DNA of 63,846 nucleotides, filler included, from Salisapilia sapeloensis CBS 127946 (taxonomy: Eukaryota; Protista; Oomycota): NCBI GenBank assembly GCA_023334545.1. It is 11 parts of 11 records of this genome, joined end to end, with 100 filler letters (N's around TTAATTAATTAA, not from the genome) between each part and the next. Parts side by side here need not be neighbours in the genome. Positions count along the whole stretch, not along the records: positions 33,090 to 41,897 come from JAADVB010000477.1; positions 41,998 to 53,889 come from JAADVB010000423.1; 9 more parts are not named here. One strand, given 5' to 3'. Made by a program: the position numbers and the translations under genes. Positions 33,103 through 43,968 of the stretch are shown in pieces. The notes beneath the pieces were generated by a model that saw only the letters and a program-made list of their open reading frames with translations, searched no databases and was not told where the DNA came from. Each line of letters opens with the position of its first letter. Position 1 is the stretch's first letter.

Positions 33103-33612
33103 TTGGTCTGTCTCTGTCTTGGTCATTGATGCAATCAGGAGGAAGTAAGTTTGGAGAAGACCTCAAGTCACGCTTGGTATTCTACATGTGCACATTTGAA
33201 AAAGCGCGCGAAACAGTCGCTTCACTTGGTGAGCTCTTCGCTTTACTTGCGCTATTGAGCTCTTCGCTATTATTTCGGAACAGGCATAGTACAGTTGTGG
33301 CCAGAATAATTGATTGATATTTGTGAATCACACTGTAATATGTCCCAGTGAATTGGCGAAGAGCTCAATGTTGCAAGTGAATCGAATGACACTTCAACAC
33401 GAATGACTTTTGGCGATACACCACTGTACGCTCGGCACTAGGCCCGCCAAAGCATGATAGAGGAACGGAAGATACGCGTGGACAGCAGCATAGGATTAGG
33501 ATGAACCACCAAAGACTTGGGCATGGATTCCTATTACATATTCTGAGTGCTTGTTCACAATGCCTGTTATACCTTGCATAGTACCCAGCTATCCGCACAA
33601 CGAACACAGCCC
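33103..33612. repeat. Dispersed repeat, copy B (homologous to 17641-18090)
   Basis: Aligns by eye with copy A, with an extra segment of about 50 nt near 33320-33370. Lies next to the contig edge. Confidence 0.9.
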
Positions 33613-34349
33613 GAATGTACGATCAAAGCGATTACTAAGTCGCTGAAGTCAGAGCAGCTACCTGCATAGATGTCTGTCCTACACGAGTATAAACTTAAGC
33701 TTGGTTGAAGGAATGAAATGAGCAACACTAACGGGTATCATCAATGCACCATGAATCAGTTCGCTTTACTACCTTGGACCTGTTAGCTAGTTCGTTATGA
33801 CCATAATGTGAATGTACGCATCACTAATATGTATGAATTGATGAGGCATTGGTCGTAACTTGACTTGGGATGCTGAACCTGACAGTTCGTGACCGTTCAA
33901 TCACCATTTCGCATAGTGTTATATATGATTGAGGTGCTAGCCTATTAGGAATCACGTCAATTAGTGCGTATGCGTGGTGTCCTGGGTTTTAAAGCATCCG
34001 AGTAGGCTGTAGTATCGGTAATATGGTAAGGAACCATATCCTACCCTCGTGTCAGTAACTGAGGTTTCTCTTCGGCCTTGTGCTTTATATACACTCTTGC
34101 ACTTCGATTCAAACAATGGTTATCGAGCTAAACAAATTCTGTGGGAAGAGACATCAAGTCTCTTTATCAATCGTAGAAATATTGATGAACATGAATAAAC
34201 AGCTTTACATTTACTTTTTCCTTGTCGTATCAACAAGCACTGCAGTGGCAGCATGGACTTCTACTTGATACAGAGTAGCCGACTACAGCATCAATTGCAT
34301 TAGACCAGGGACCTCTTCGCCCTTCCAGCCATAACAGATTTATTGCACC

Positions 34350-36768
34350 TCATCTCTTCGACAGACTCTTCAGAATTGTTCGTAAATTGTACGCGATCTG
34401 TGCTGCCGTGGGTCTTCTTTTCGCATCAAATGAAAGGCATTGCATAGCAACCTTTTTAATCTCCGTAGGACATGACTTTGACACCGTTGGGCATAACTGG
34501 CCAATAGACACCCGACTCATGATAGCCATCTCCGACAACTGGATGCCAGCATCATTGCGCACATCATAGTACGGCAGTTCGTGCGTATCCAGCTCCGTTA
34601 AAAATGCACCAAATGAAAAGATGTCGGACGACTCATCGTAGTCGCGCTGTCCAGACACCACTTCCGGTGCCAGCCATCGAGCCGTTCCGATGCCTTGCGT
34701 CATGGTCGACTCGTCGCTCCAGTACTTGGAGACACCAAAGTCTGCCAACTTGGCGTCCATTTCACTCGATAGCAATACATTCCTCGACTTAAGATCTCGA
34801 TGGATCAATGGAGGATTGAACGAATGCACATACACCAATGCATCCGCAACGTCAATCGCAATCTCCACTTTCCTCTGTGTCCAATGCCGTGGTGTATCTG
34901 AAGACATCAAATAGCTTCTCAAGTCTCCATTCTCCATGTACTCGAACAACGCCTGAACCTTGGCTTCCGTCGTCCAGGCTGCTCCAAAGAAGCGAACAAT
35001 CTTGGGATGGTCAAGCTTGGCAGCCAACTTAATCTCGGCAACAAACTTGCTGATATCTTCTACTGTCGATTTCCCTGGAATTGGTCGCTTCGAAGCCAGC
35101 CATTGCGCACCACAGTACTTGACGAGCCAAACTTCTGCAAATGCACCACCCCCAAGTTTCCGCACATCCTGGATATCACTCACTCGTACTTGCAGCTCCA
35201 ACCGCTCTTGTTCTGTCCAAAGGGAATTCTTGCTTTCTGTTGTCACCGAGTGTGCTTTAAGTGATTCTGCCGGTGTGTATGTTCCTGTTGTTGTCTCAGT
35301 TGAGTTGTTCATGCTCGGGGATAAAGCCTTTCGTTGACTTCGTCGTTTATGAATGCAGTACCAAATCCCAACTACTGCCAAAAGGATAATAATTGCAATA
35401 GGGATGGCAATGTACAATACGTTGATAGTCGACTCGTCAGAAGACCCTGACTCATCCGTATCCAAACTCTGGCTTTCCTCATCCATATCGGTTTGTAGGT
35501 AATCTTCTAATACGATGCAGAACGATTTCGATCCGATTAGTTGAGGCACGGCACAATCGGGCTTTGAGCGTGGAGGGTCAATGTTGAACTCCAGCAGGTT
35601 GCTCAACACATCAAACGTTTCTTGGGTCACGTCAAAGTTGCTGATCGGATTATCTGTCAAGTTCCTACAGATTAAAGGGTCAGTCAAATCTCTTTGACTA
35701 TCAGTCACCGATATCTTACAATGTTTGCAAGTGAATCATCTTCCCAATAACGAGAGGGATGGACGTCAGCTTGTTCTTTTCAAGCCGTCTAGTAGCCATG
35801 ACGTATACTTAGAAAACGAACCACTTATTTCCGTTGGATGACACGTACAAGTTGACGAGGTTTGGTGGAGCTGCAGCGAATGAAGATAGTTGATTTTCGT
35901 ATACTTCCAACGATTCCAAGTTATCCATGGCTGTAAAATCCTTGGGGAAGGATGTGAAGTTGTTGTAAGTCAGCACCCTGCATGATATACGGTTAGAGAT
36001 AAATTCGCCTATTATCTGTTAAATGATACCCACAGCTTTTGTAGTTGATTGACATTCGCAATACTCGTGGGTACTTCCTGCAGATGACAATCTTCACACT
36101 GGAAGATGCGAAGATATTTTGACTTTGCTTTTTCAAGGTTAATGAAAGGCTCTGATTTGAAATCGATTCCAACGATGTCGAGATTGTCGATGTTGGGCGA
36201 GTACCGGAGAAGGTCATCAGCGAACGAAACTTTAGCTGTAGCTTCACCGATATGGTCTGGACCCGAGTACACGCCGGCTTGAATTTGTCTGTATTTACAA
36301 AGATCAATACTCAACTAAGCTTGTTCGCACGGCATTGTATCATACGTACACGTAGGTGACATTTCGCCTGAAAGCCAGCGCTCCAACTTGCTCAATGTAT
36401 TCGTTACTCAAGTGTCGAATGTACTTGAGATGACTTTCTCCTAAGAACGAGTCGATCGATTCCGAGGACTCTGGTATGAGGAAGAAGAACTGCGTACTCT
36501 CAGTTACATCCGAAAAGCATTGATACTGGCAGTCATTATCGTCCGGCAGGCGGCAAGCACTCAGTTCATCGCCAGCAGCGTGTTCATCCGCGTAGCAGTA
36601 ATTGTTACTCGCTTCAGCGTCATATATGACACACAAATTATAGTCCGAACTGCTGCATTGTCCATTGCAATCGGAAGTCAGTGTATTTAGCGTTTTACTG
36701 CATGCAGCAGTCACATGCGTGGTGGATATCACTAAGTAGAGTAGACAAAGAAGGACAGCGACTGTCAT
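34350..36768 (-). CDS. LRR receptor-like TKL protein kinase (signal peptide, Cys-rich segment, LRRs, TM, kinase), multi-exon
   Basis: Signal MTVAVLLCLLYLVISTTHVTAA; LRR exons (LQKLWVSFNR, LTYNNFTSFP, LESLEVYENQLSSF); TM IAIPIAIIILLAVVGIWYCI; GGGAFAEV, LIHRDLKSRNVLL, KLADFGVS, GTARWLAPE. Confidence 0.9.
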
Positions 36769-36798
36769 ATTTCCTTTTGCAATGTTGTGTGTGCAGCG

Positions 36799-36815
36799 AA
36801 AGTCTGAGAATGAGG
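36799..36815 (-). promoter_or_regulatory. Inr/FPR-like core promoter of the LRR kinase
   Basis: Minus strand CCTCATTCTCAGACTTT about 30 nt upstream of the ATG. Confidence 0.5.
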
Positions 36816-38686
36816 GATAGGAAGTTGGCGCTCTATACTCGAAGATGAATCGAGTAGGTATCTGACCCCTATGGAAAAACTAACGTTGATACATAGCTAC
36901 ATAAATGAATGGATACAACTTTTAATTCTGCTTGTGGATATGGGATGAATGCTTTCCTCATTATAAAAATACAGGTGTGCAATTCTGTCACGATTTTGTT
37001 TTATATAATAAGCATGGAGACGAGCTTGTCGGCCTGCATGTACGTGGTCTTGAAAGCATTGAAAAAACATTCAACCCAAATTGAACCGATCATATGGTAT
37101 ATCTGGAAACCTGGAAGAGATGGCTTAAATATGGAAACTTGATCGAGGCAATGCGGAGTGTCAAAAGCAAGTGGGGGCGCTTCTTTAGGGAAAATGGCGT
37201 AGCGGGAATGAAAAGCGAAATGGGCGATCGGAGCGTAGTCCGAAATCAAGCCTGACACGAGTTTCTTAGGCAGGCTGTCTCTTCGTCTCGATAGTCACGT
37301 ATGTGTAGTATCATCTAAGCTGATAAACAACGCGAAGATGCTGGGCTTTCGATAGTAATATCAAGTGATATATATTCTATAACAACGCAGATTGTTACTT
37401 CAATCATGGAATGGAATATATCATGCTAGCAATTATCATTGCTGCGCCTAAAGGTGGCTTACTCTCCGATCTTTGGACTACGGATCTTTTATTGCGACCG
37501 CTTTGGAATCGCATTAATAAGTGTGCTACGTGGATTAGTAGACCGCTGTTTGTATTCTTACTTGGATTTTCGGCGCCTGATATTTCCTATAATGTTGTAT
37601 CACTTTCCTTTGTGTTGAAATATATATCAGTGCACTTTAGATCACTTGATTTGATCTAGATGCGCGGATTTCGAGCTCCAAGAAAAACGAAAGAGCTACC
37701 GATAACTGTGAAAGCTTCTAAACTAGTCCTCCCGCTTTGTAGAAAGACTGCTAGCTCTCATAGGCTCTAAGTCGCCTCCTCCACCGCAGCTTCGTATCTC
37801 TAAAGTTCAAGAGTACGCTAGTCTCATCACGTAACCCCACTATGCGGTACTAGAAGAAATTTGGAAAGCAGACTGCACGATCATAGCATCACAGTGCTGG
37901 CTGTATAAGAATGACTCGGTCTACCGAGCGAATAATTGGCAAGGCCTTAAAGCACACAGCGTTGTATGGATCAAGGTATTAACTCAACTGGAAGCAGCGG
38001 GTAAAAGTCATCGCTGGAACCGAAAAGATGTCATTGCGGCAACTAGTTATCGTGACATCACATGGAGCATTCGCCAATTCTCCATGCAGGAGGACCATAA
38101 ATACGACACATTCCACCCCATCCCTCCGTGGGAGGATCCACCAGGATCTCAAAGGGCTTAATCAATAAACAAACTCTTTGTCAAAAAAGTCCTTCCGCTT
38201 TGTTTCTTTCCGTTTCTTTCTATTGATTATCGCGTGCAATAGATCAGCAATATCTTCGGATCTGGTCCTACTAATAGTCTGAACTTAATGCGAGCTGTGT
38301 CTTCAGTATATCAAAGAAAGTGGAACTCGATCTTATTCTTGAAGGCTACAGAGACGTTCGCAGTTGAAGAGCAAGAGAACATAAAGCGGCCAAACTGAAA
38401 TCATTTCGTGTGTTCATCATCTGAATCCAACATATTCAGCAAAATGTATTTCTCTGCATTCATCGAGTTCAGTTGCTCAAATGATTTTAAGGTCGAAATG
38501 TTGTGAGCCAGTGGGAAGTTTGTCTGGACACTCCTCAAGCTTAATTCTACTACCCACTATTTCCCGTTGTACGTTTTTATAGCTGTCAAATGGGGATCCA
38601 AATGTTCCATAGGGGTAGTCTGTTAAGCACGTCAGCAACATTCCCCACCGTATCATCTCCACCTAAAAGATCGCCACGTTACTTTT

Positions 38687-38715
38687 GTGTCATTATTAAA
38701 TTAGCACACTGACGC
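38687..38715 (+). promoter_or_regulatory. Conserved Inr/FPR-like element upstream of START-FYVE copy 1
   Basis: gtgtcattattaaattagcacactgacgc; 25/29 identical to 41456-41484 and starting 42 nt before the ATG in both copies. Confidence 0.55.
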
Positions 38716-38728
38716 TTACTTTGAAACC

Positions 38729-40246
38729 ATGGCGACGCAGTGGACAGCAGATGCCTACGAAGGTTTCTCCCTCTCGACGGCAAAGAAGACTGATTGCAAG
38801 CGCGTCGCGATGATACTCGTTCATGAAGCACTCCGACACTACCATAAATTTGATTCCTCAGTACCTCGGGCAATGGATACAAATCATTGGAAACTGATTA
38901 AATCCTCCGAGAATGTGACAATGTACCGTGATCGGCAGCCGTCTCGACACTTGGTGAAAGATTTGCATACTGATAGTGCCGGTTGGCAAATGCCTCGTGC
39001 CCTCGTCGGTACTGGTACTATCTCGAGCAGCATGGACGACCTCTTATTTGGTCTTGTAAATGGCGACGAAGCAGCATTAATGCAAAGTGCGAACTACGCC
39101 GAACAACCAATGACGAATGCCCAGGTCCTCTCGATAATCGAAAAGCCGACTCTGGAGCATCCGTATCGTTCCACCACGCTGGAATGGAATTCTGGTAATC
39201 CTAGTTCAGCATTCCGAGGGCTTGTCAAGGACCGAGATACCGTTTACATACGGGCGACTGGTATCCTTAAAATAAGTAAACACGAGCGCATTGGGTATAG
39301 CCTCGTACATTCAGTAGATTTACCGTCTACTCCTCCGCTTAAAGGACGAAGCACTGTACGGACACGTCTTTCATCTTGTGTTATACTTAAGCCCGTCGCG
39401 GATGGATCGGTCGAAGTATTCATCAAAGGATACTACGAGGCATTTAAAAACAACCTCTTGGATTCTATCGCCGTTGTCGGCGTCGCTAATGAGCTCATGG
39501 ATACTTGGTTACCCAGTCAGTGTGCTAAGGGAAAGAAACTTTCATGGCTTCTCCAAAGGAAAAATGTAAACAAGGATGATGTCAAGAGTTTGATTGACAA
39601 CGGCGAAGCTGTAAACGAGTCGGAATGCCGATGCTGCAAAAAGAAATTTCGTCCGCTACGCAAAGCTTACTCGTGCACTTTGTGTGATTTATCGGTCTGT
39701 AGGAAATGCGTTTTGCCCATCGACCTATTCGACGTCGCTCCGAAATTAAAGCTAATGGCAAAGAAGGTACGTATCTGCCTCACTTGCAACCACATTGTTA
39801 GCCAAATAAGTTCAAATCAAGTTGCTCGACAAGAAATTCGAGCTGGGCGGTTTGAGAATAATCGTAGTGCGTCTACTATCATTGAATCGTCCAGAATCTC
39901 TCAGCTAACGGAATGCTCGAGTGCATTGGTAAGCAAACGACCTTGCGCTGGTGAAGTCTACAAGTTTGACTCGGATCAACGTAGCCCTTCGACTGAAGAC
40001 TTACTGAACGCCTTTGCTCGGCTAGTATCATCCACTGACGACGATCAGATTATCGAGTTCAAGAAAAAATCTTCAGATAAATGTTCTGCTGAAAGAGACA
40101 CCGGGAACAATCAAGAGGAAATGGGATCTCTGATTGAGAATGTGTGGAGGGATAGCATTTTTGAACTCAAATTAAACGATAAAGAGCGTGACCGGCAGCT
40201 GGCGTGGCTAAAAATGACTGAGCAGCGGCTCCGACTGGATGACTAG
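38729..40246 (+). CDS. START-like plus FYVE-type zinc finger protein (oomycete expanded family), copy 1
   Basis: WKLIKSSENVTMYR, DDLLFGL, RDTVYIRATG, GYSLVHSVDLP, FYVE-like CRCCKKKF...CTLCDLSVCRKC...CLTC. Confidence 0.85.
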   Translation: MATQWTADAYEGFSLSTAKKTDCKRVAMILVHEALRHYHKFDSSVPRAMDTNHWKLIKSSENVTMYRDRQPSRHLVKDLHTDSAGWQMPRALVGTGTISSSMDDLLFGLVNGDEAALMQSANYAEQPMTNAQVLSIIEKPTLEHPYRSTTLEWNSGNPSSAFRGLVKDRDTVYIRATGILKISKHERIGYSLVHSVDLPSTPPLKGRSTVRTRLSSCVILKPVADGSVEVFIKGYYEAFKNNLLDSIAVVGVANELMDTWLPSQCAKGKKLSWLLQRKNVNKDDVKSLIDNGEAVNESECRCCKKKFRPLRKAYSCTLCDLSVCRKCVLPIDLFDVAPKLKLMAKKVRICLTCNHIVSQISSNQVARQEIRAGRFENNRSASTIIESSRISQLTECSSALVSKRPCAGEVYKFDSDQRSPSTEDLLNAFARLVSSTDDDQIIEFKKKSSDKCSAERDTGNNQEEMGSLIENVWRDSIFELKLNDKERDRQLAWLKMTEQRLRLDD

Positions 40247-41455
40247 GTCACTGCAGGATTGAAGAAAGAAAAGGGCTATGATACTTGGATCGCTGCTGAA
40301 TTGTGCTATAAAGTGAGATCGTTGGCAATAGTCTGTCTTGAGTTGGTGCCTGGTCTTGACGATTTCATATGCTGTGCCCTTTGGATATAATCCCTGCTAG
40401 TGGCTCGAAAGGAGCAGAAATGTTCATGCGAATAACTGTATGTTTACGACTTTTGTCATCATGCGGTCGATCATTATGAGTTTAAACTTAGATAGCTCCC
40501 ACACCGCTTTAATCAATACTTCACTTATACCAAATTAATCTTGTGTATTAACTCTCAGCTCGTCAGTCTAGTACAGGTGAATGATAAAAATTTTCGCCTC
40601 CGATTTAGAAGATGAACGATGAGTTCTTGTGGTGTCCTCGGATATTTTTATTACTTAAGCGTTTCATTTGGCTGCTTTAAAGAGCATTTACGCGCATAAA
40701 TAGTTTTGATATACTATAAAGCAGCAGTAAAAGTAAGAAAAAGATCAAACAGGAGCACGAATTGGTATTCGTACCAGATTACCAAAAGCACACCCCATGT
40801 ATCCACTGGAGAAGGCACAGAGTCTAATATCTGCTCGAACTGCTTGGCATTATCTGTTACTGCAAGACATCGCATTTTTATTGGATAACCAAAGTGAGGA
40901 GCCCATTTACTGGGATAACACGCATCAACCCTGGCTATGGATTCCGCTTCGTGCTACTTTATGGTTTATCCGCCATTTCGGTGCTAGATCTATACAAAAG
41001 TCAAGTTAAATGATTAAAGATAGCGTTTACATATTTGATAACATTCGTGCTTCAGTTACCATTAGCTCGCTGAGAAGAGTGGGACTCAATCTTATTCCAT
41101 TCGAAGGTACAAAAACACTGGTAATTGAAGCATAAGAGGACATAAAGTAAACAGAACGATGTTGCTTCGTGTGTTTGTCATTTAGGTCTGTTTTATGTAG
41201 CCATTTACGCTACGAAAATGATCGATTTAGTCAGTGCCATCTATTCAGGTTCTGTCGAAGTAAGTACAGAATGAGAATCCTATAGGAAATCCATAGACAT
41301 CCAAATGTTCAACTTTATCGCTTGCTTCATGTCCGCGATATTTCACAATATTCGTTACAAGAGCCAAAGCAAATGCGACAGAAGGGGCACATAAAGCACG
41401 CAAGTAGCAGTTCCCTCCGCATCGTCTCCATTTCAGTCATTGGCACTGCACCTTC

Positions 41456-41484
41456 GTGTCATTGTCAAATTAGCACGCTGACAC
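41456..41484 (+). promoter_or_regulatory. Conserved Inr/FPR-like element upstream of START-FYVE copy 2
   Basis: gtgtcattgtcaaattagcacgctgacac, flanked by the inverted hexamers gtgtca/tgacac. Confidence 0.5.
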
Positions 41485-41497
41485 TGCTTTCATAACT

Positions 41498-41897
41498 ATG
41501 GTCACGCAATGGACAGCAGACGCCTACAAAAGCCTATCCCTCTTTGAGGAAAGGAAGGCAGACTGCAAGCACATCATGAAGCTCTTCGACATTATCAAAA
41601 GTTTGATCGTTCGGTACCTCGGGAAATGGATAACAAGCGTTGGAATCCTATCAAGACATCCAATAATGTGACCATGTACCGTGGACGACACTCATCTCCG
41701 CGTGTGGTAAAAGATTCATACACCGATAGTGCTGGATGGCAAATGCCTCGAGTCATCGTCGGCAATGGGACGATCTCAAGCAATATGGACGACCTCTTGT
41801 TCGGTCTCGTCAACGGCGACGAGGCAGCACTTTTGCAAAGCGCAAGCTACGCCGGACACGCAACGATGAATGCTCAGATTCTCTCGACGATCGAGAA
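41498..41897 (+). pseudogene. START-FYVE copy 2, frameshifted by a 16-nt deletion, truncated by the gap
   Basis: Relative to copy 1 it lacks gcgatgatactcgttc after about codon 26. The ATG frame then terminates early, while homology continues in another frame (MDNKRWNPIKTSNNVTMYR...DDLLFGLVNGDEAAL). Confidence 0.75.
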
Positions 41898-41997
41898 NNN
41901 NNNNNNNNNNNNNNNNNNNNNNNNNNNNNNNNNNNNNNNNNTTAATTAATTAANNNNNNNNNNNNNNNNNNNNNNNNNNNNNNNNNNNNNNNNNNNN
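41898..41997. other. Artificial contig linker
   Basis: Same 100-nt spacer. Confidence 0.99.
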
Positions 41998-42575
41998 AAA
42001 TCGCAGAGTGAGCTTCTGAACAGTGGCTGAGTCTTCCAGTTGACAGGATATGAATTGAGTGATGGGGAAGACGTATGACTCAAAGAGGTACACATCAGTC
42101 CATCAAGAGACAGTAGGCTGCTTTCCAATCTTTTTCTCGCATCGTGCATCCATCACGCAGTGGTAACGCCAGCATAGAAGAAGTATGTCGACTCGAGGAT
42201 GCAGATAGCATTAAACTTGATGGATGTTCATCACTTCGTTCAACTACATGTCTACTCCTTACATCTTTGCCGCGACTGGCTGTGGATATGAATCGTAGCC
42301 ATCCCGGAGTATCTAGCACAACTTGATGACGATTCACTGTGTATCCAGTGCCAACGGAGATCACGTTGATTATCACTTTGTAGCATGCAGTTTTAATGAT
42401 CAACTCCAAGAGACTAGATGAATATAATTCTTATTTACTCCCTAAGCGTGGTGCTTTTATCTCTTACTTACAATCAGGAAATAGCTTAAAGAAGTAGAAA
42501 ACCTCTGAAGAAAGTAGGAAATATATGTACCCTTTCATGATTACTAGAATGGAACTGCCTTCACCAAGGTCTGAA

Positions 42576-43688
42576 TCACATTGCAGCATAATCCGTCGCC
42601 ATGGGTGCACCAGGATGTTCCGAAAGCTCAGCAAAGTCTGTGTTCGCCCGATCACGTTGTCCGCTTCGATACTTGTGCCAAATGACGACTCCAGCAATCG
42701 AAGCTACAAGCGCAAGGAAGCAGCCAAAGAAGATGCCAGTGATCTCACCTCCAGAGACGACTTCCTTTGCTACATTCGCAGCTTTTACAGCTTCCGTCTC
42801 TACGGTCTTGACAGCCTTTTCGAAGACGTTCATCTTCTTGTCCTTACTACCAGAGCTTGATGCTGATGTGCCAGATGAGCTCGTTGTGGTTGTTGATGAT
42901 GAAGAGGTCGTCGAAGATGAAGCTGGATACGTTGTGGAAGCACTGGTGGGACTTGGTGTCGGAGTATCTTCGTCTATCGAATCAGGAACAGTAATCGTAT
43001 CCGAGTCGACGGAAGAAGCGTTTACAGACACGTTCATCGATCCACTCGAGCCGGAGCTAGCGGAATGGTCTTGAGATGGGGCCACATAGTACGTCGGAGA
43101 TGGAGTCGGTGCTTCCGTCGGAGACGATGAAGGCGATGGAGTAGGATATGCTTCTTCACTTTCTTCAGAGTCTGACGAGCTAGACGTCGTATTCGATGGT
43201 GATGGCGTTGGAGATGGAGATGGCGACGGCGATGGAGACGTTGATGGCGATGGAGAGGGAGAGGGAGAGGGAGGGGAGGTCGTGTAGGCTTTCTCATCAT
43301 CATCGCTGCTACTTGAAGACGTAGATGCTGGACATGGCTCTCCGTTTTCATCATACTCGTCGCAATCGGAAGCTGAGGAAGAATCTTCACTACTGTCTTC
43401 TGGAACCGATGGAGAAGGAGAGGACGAAGGATACGTCTTGTCATCGTCAGAATCATCCGAGCTGCTTACAGAGTCGAAAGTGCTGCCACTTGAGCTCGAT
43501 GAGTCGCAGATGACGACAGGACCTTGGTAGGATCCTTCGCGAGGCCCATGGACGTACCAGCATGGTTTTGGGTTGGTAGCAGCCCTTCGAAGTGCATTTG
43601 CATATACTTTCGATTCTATCTCCTGTCCAAATACGTTGGTACTAACAAGTAGTGCAGCGACAGTCATAAACCACGGATAAAGCTGCAT
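42576..43688 (-). CDS. Mucin-like Ser/Pro/Thr-rich type I membrane protein
   Basis: Signal MQLYPWFMTVAALLVSTNVFG, a small Cys pair, long S/P/T/D tracts, TM ITGIFFGCFLALVASIAGVVIW and a short cytoplasmic tail. Confidence 0.85.
   Translation of the reverse strand: MQLYPWFMTVAALLVSTNVFGQEIESKVYANALRRAATNPKPCWYVHGPREGSYQGPVVICDSSSSSGSTFDSVSSSDDSDDDKTYPSSSPSPSVPEDSSEDSSSASDCDEYDENGEPCPASTSSSSSDDDEKAYTTSPPSPSPSPSPSTSPSPSPSPSPTPSPSNTTSSSSDSEESEEAYPTPSPSSSPTEAPTPSPTYYVAPSQDHSASSGSSGSMNVSVNASSVDSDTITVPDSIDEDTPTPSPTSASTTYPASSSTTSSSSTTTTSSSGTSASSSGSKDKKMNVFEKAVKTVETEAVKAANVAKEVVSGGEITGIFFGCFLALVASIAGVVIWHKYRSGQRDRANTDFAELSEHPGAPMATDYAAM
43195..43280. repeat. Imperfect hexamer array encoding (SP)n
   Basis: ggagat/ggcgat/ggagag units encoding SPSPSPSPSTSPSPSPSPSPTPSPS. 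Confidence 0.9.
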
Positions 43689-43968
43689 GGTTTAGTCGGT
43701 CGCGCAGGATGTATAAAGTGACTTCATGAAGAGGCACAGGTAGATGGGATACTGCACCTGACCCTCTACAAATACGCCAAGGTTGGTTTCATATTCTCTC
43801 ATCTCATTCCAAAGCCCATCTCGACCTCGTCATGGCATACAAAAAACAAGTCGATAAAAATAAAAATAAAAATTATCATGTATCCGTCTCTTCAAGATCC
43901 ACGTATCGAAGCGGGAAATTTAAAAATCAGTTAAGTCACGCCAGAACGCGTTCGGTACTCGCTCTAGT

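Noticed and set aside
36900-38270. Short ORFs in the long intergenic regions (36.9-38.3 kb, 40.3-41.0 kb, 27.2-28.3 kb); tRNA/snRNA search
   Set aside because: No motifs, no coding-like composition, and no tRNA T-loop or Sm-site/snRNA signature seen by eye.
42095-42409. VVLDTPGW as a GTPase G3 motif
   Set aside because: Isolated 4-residue match with no P-loop or G4 motif nearby.
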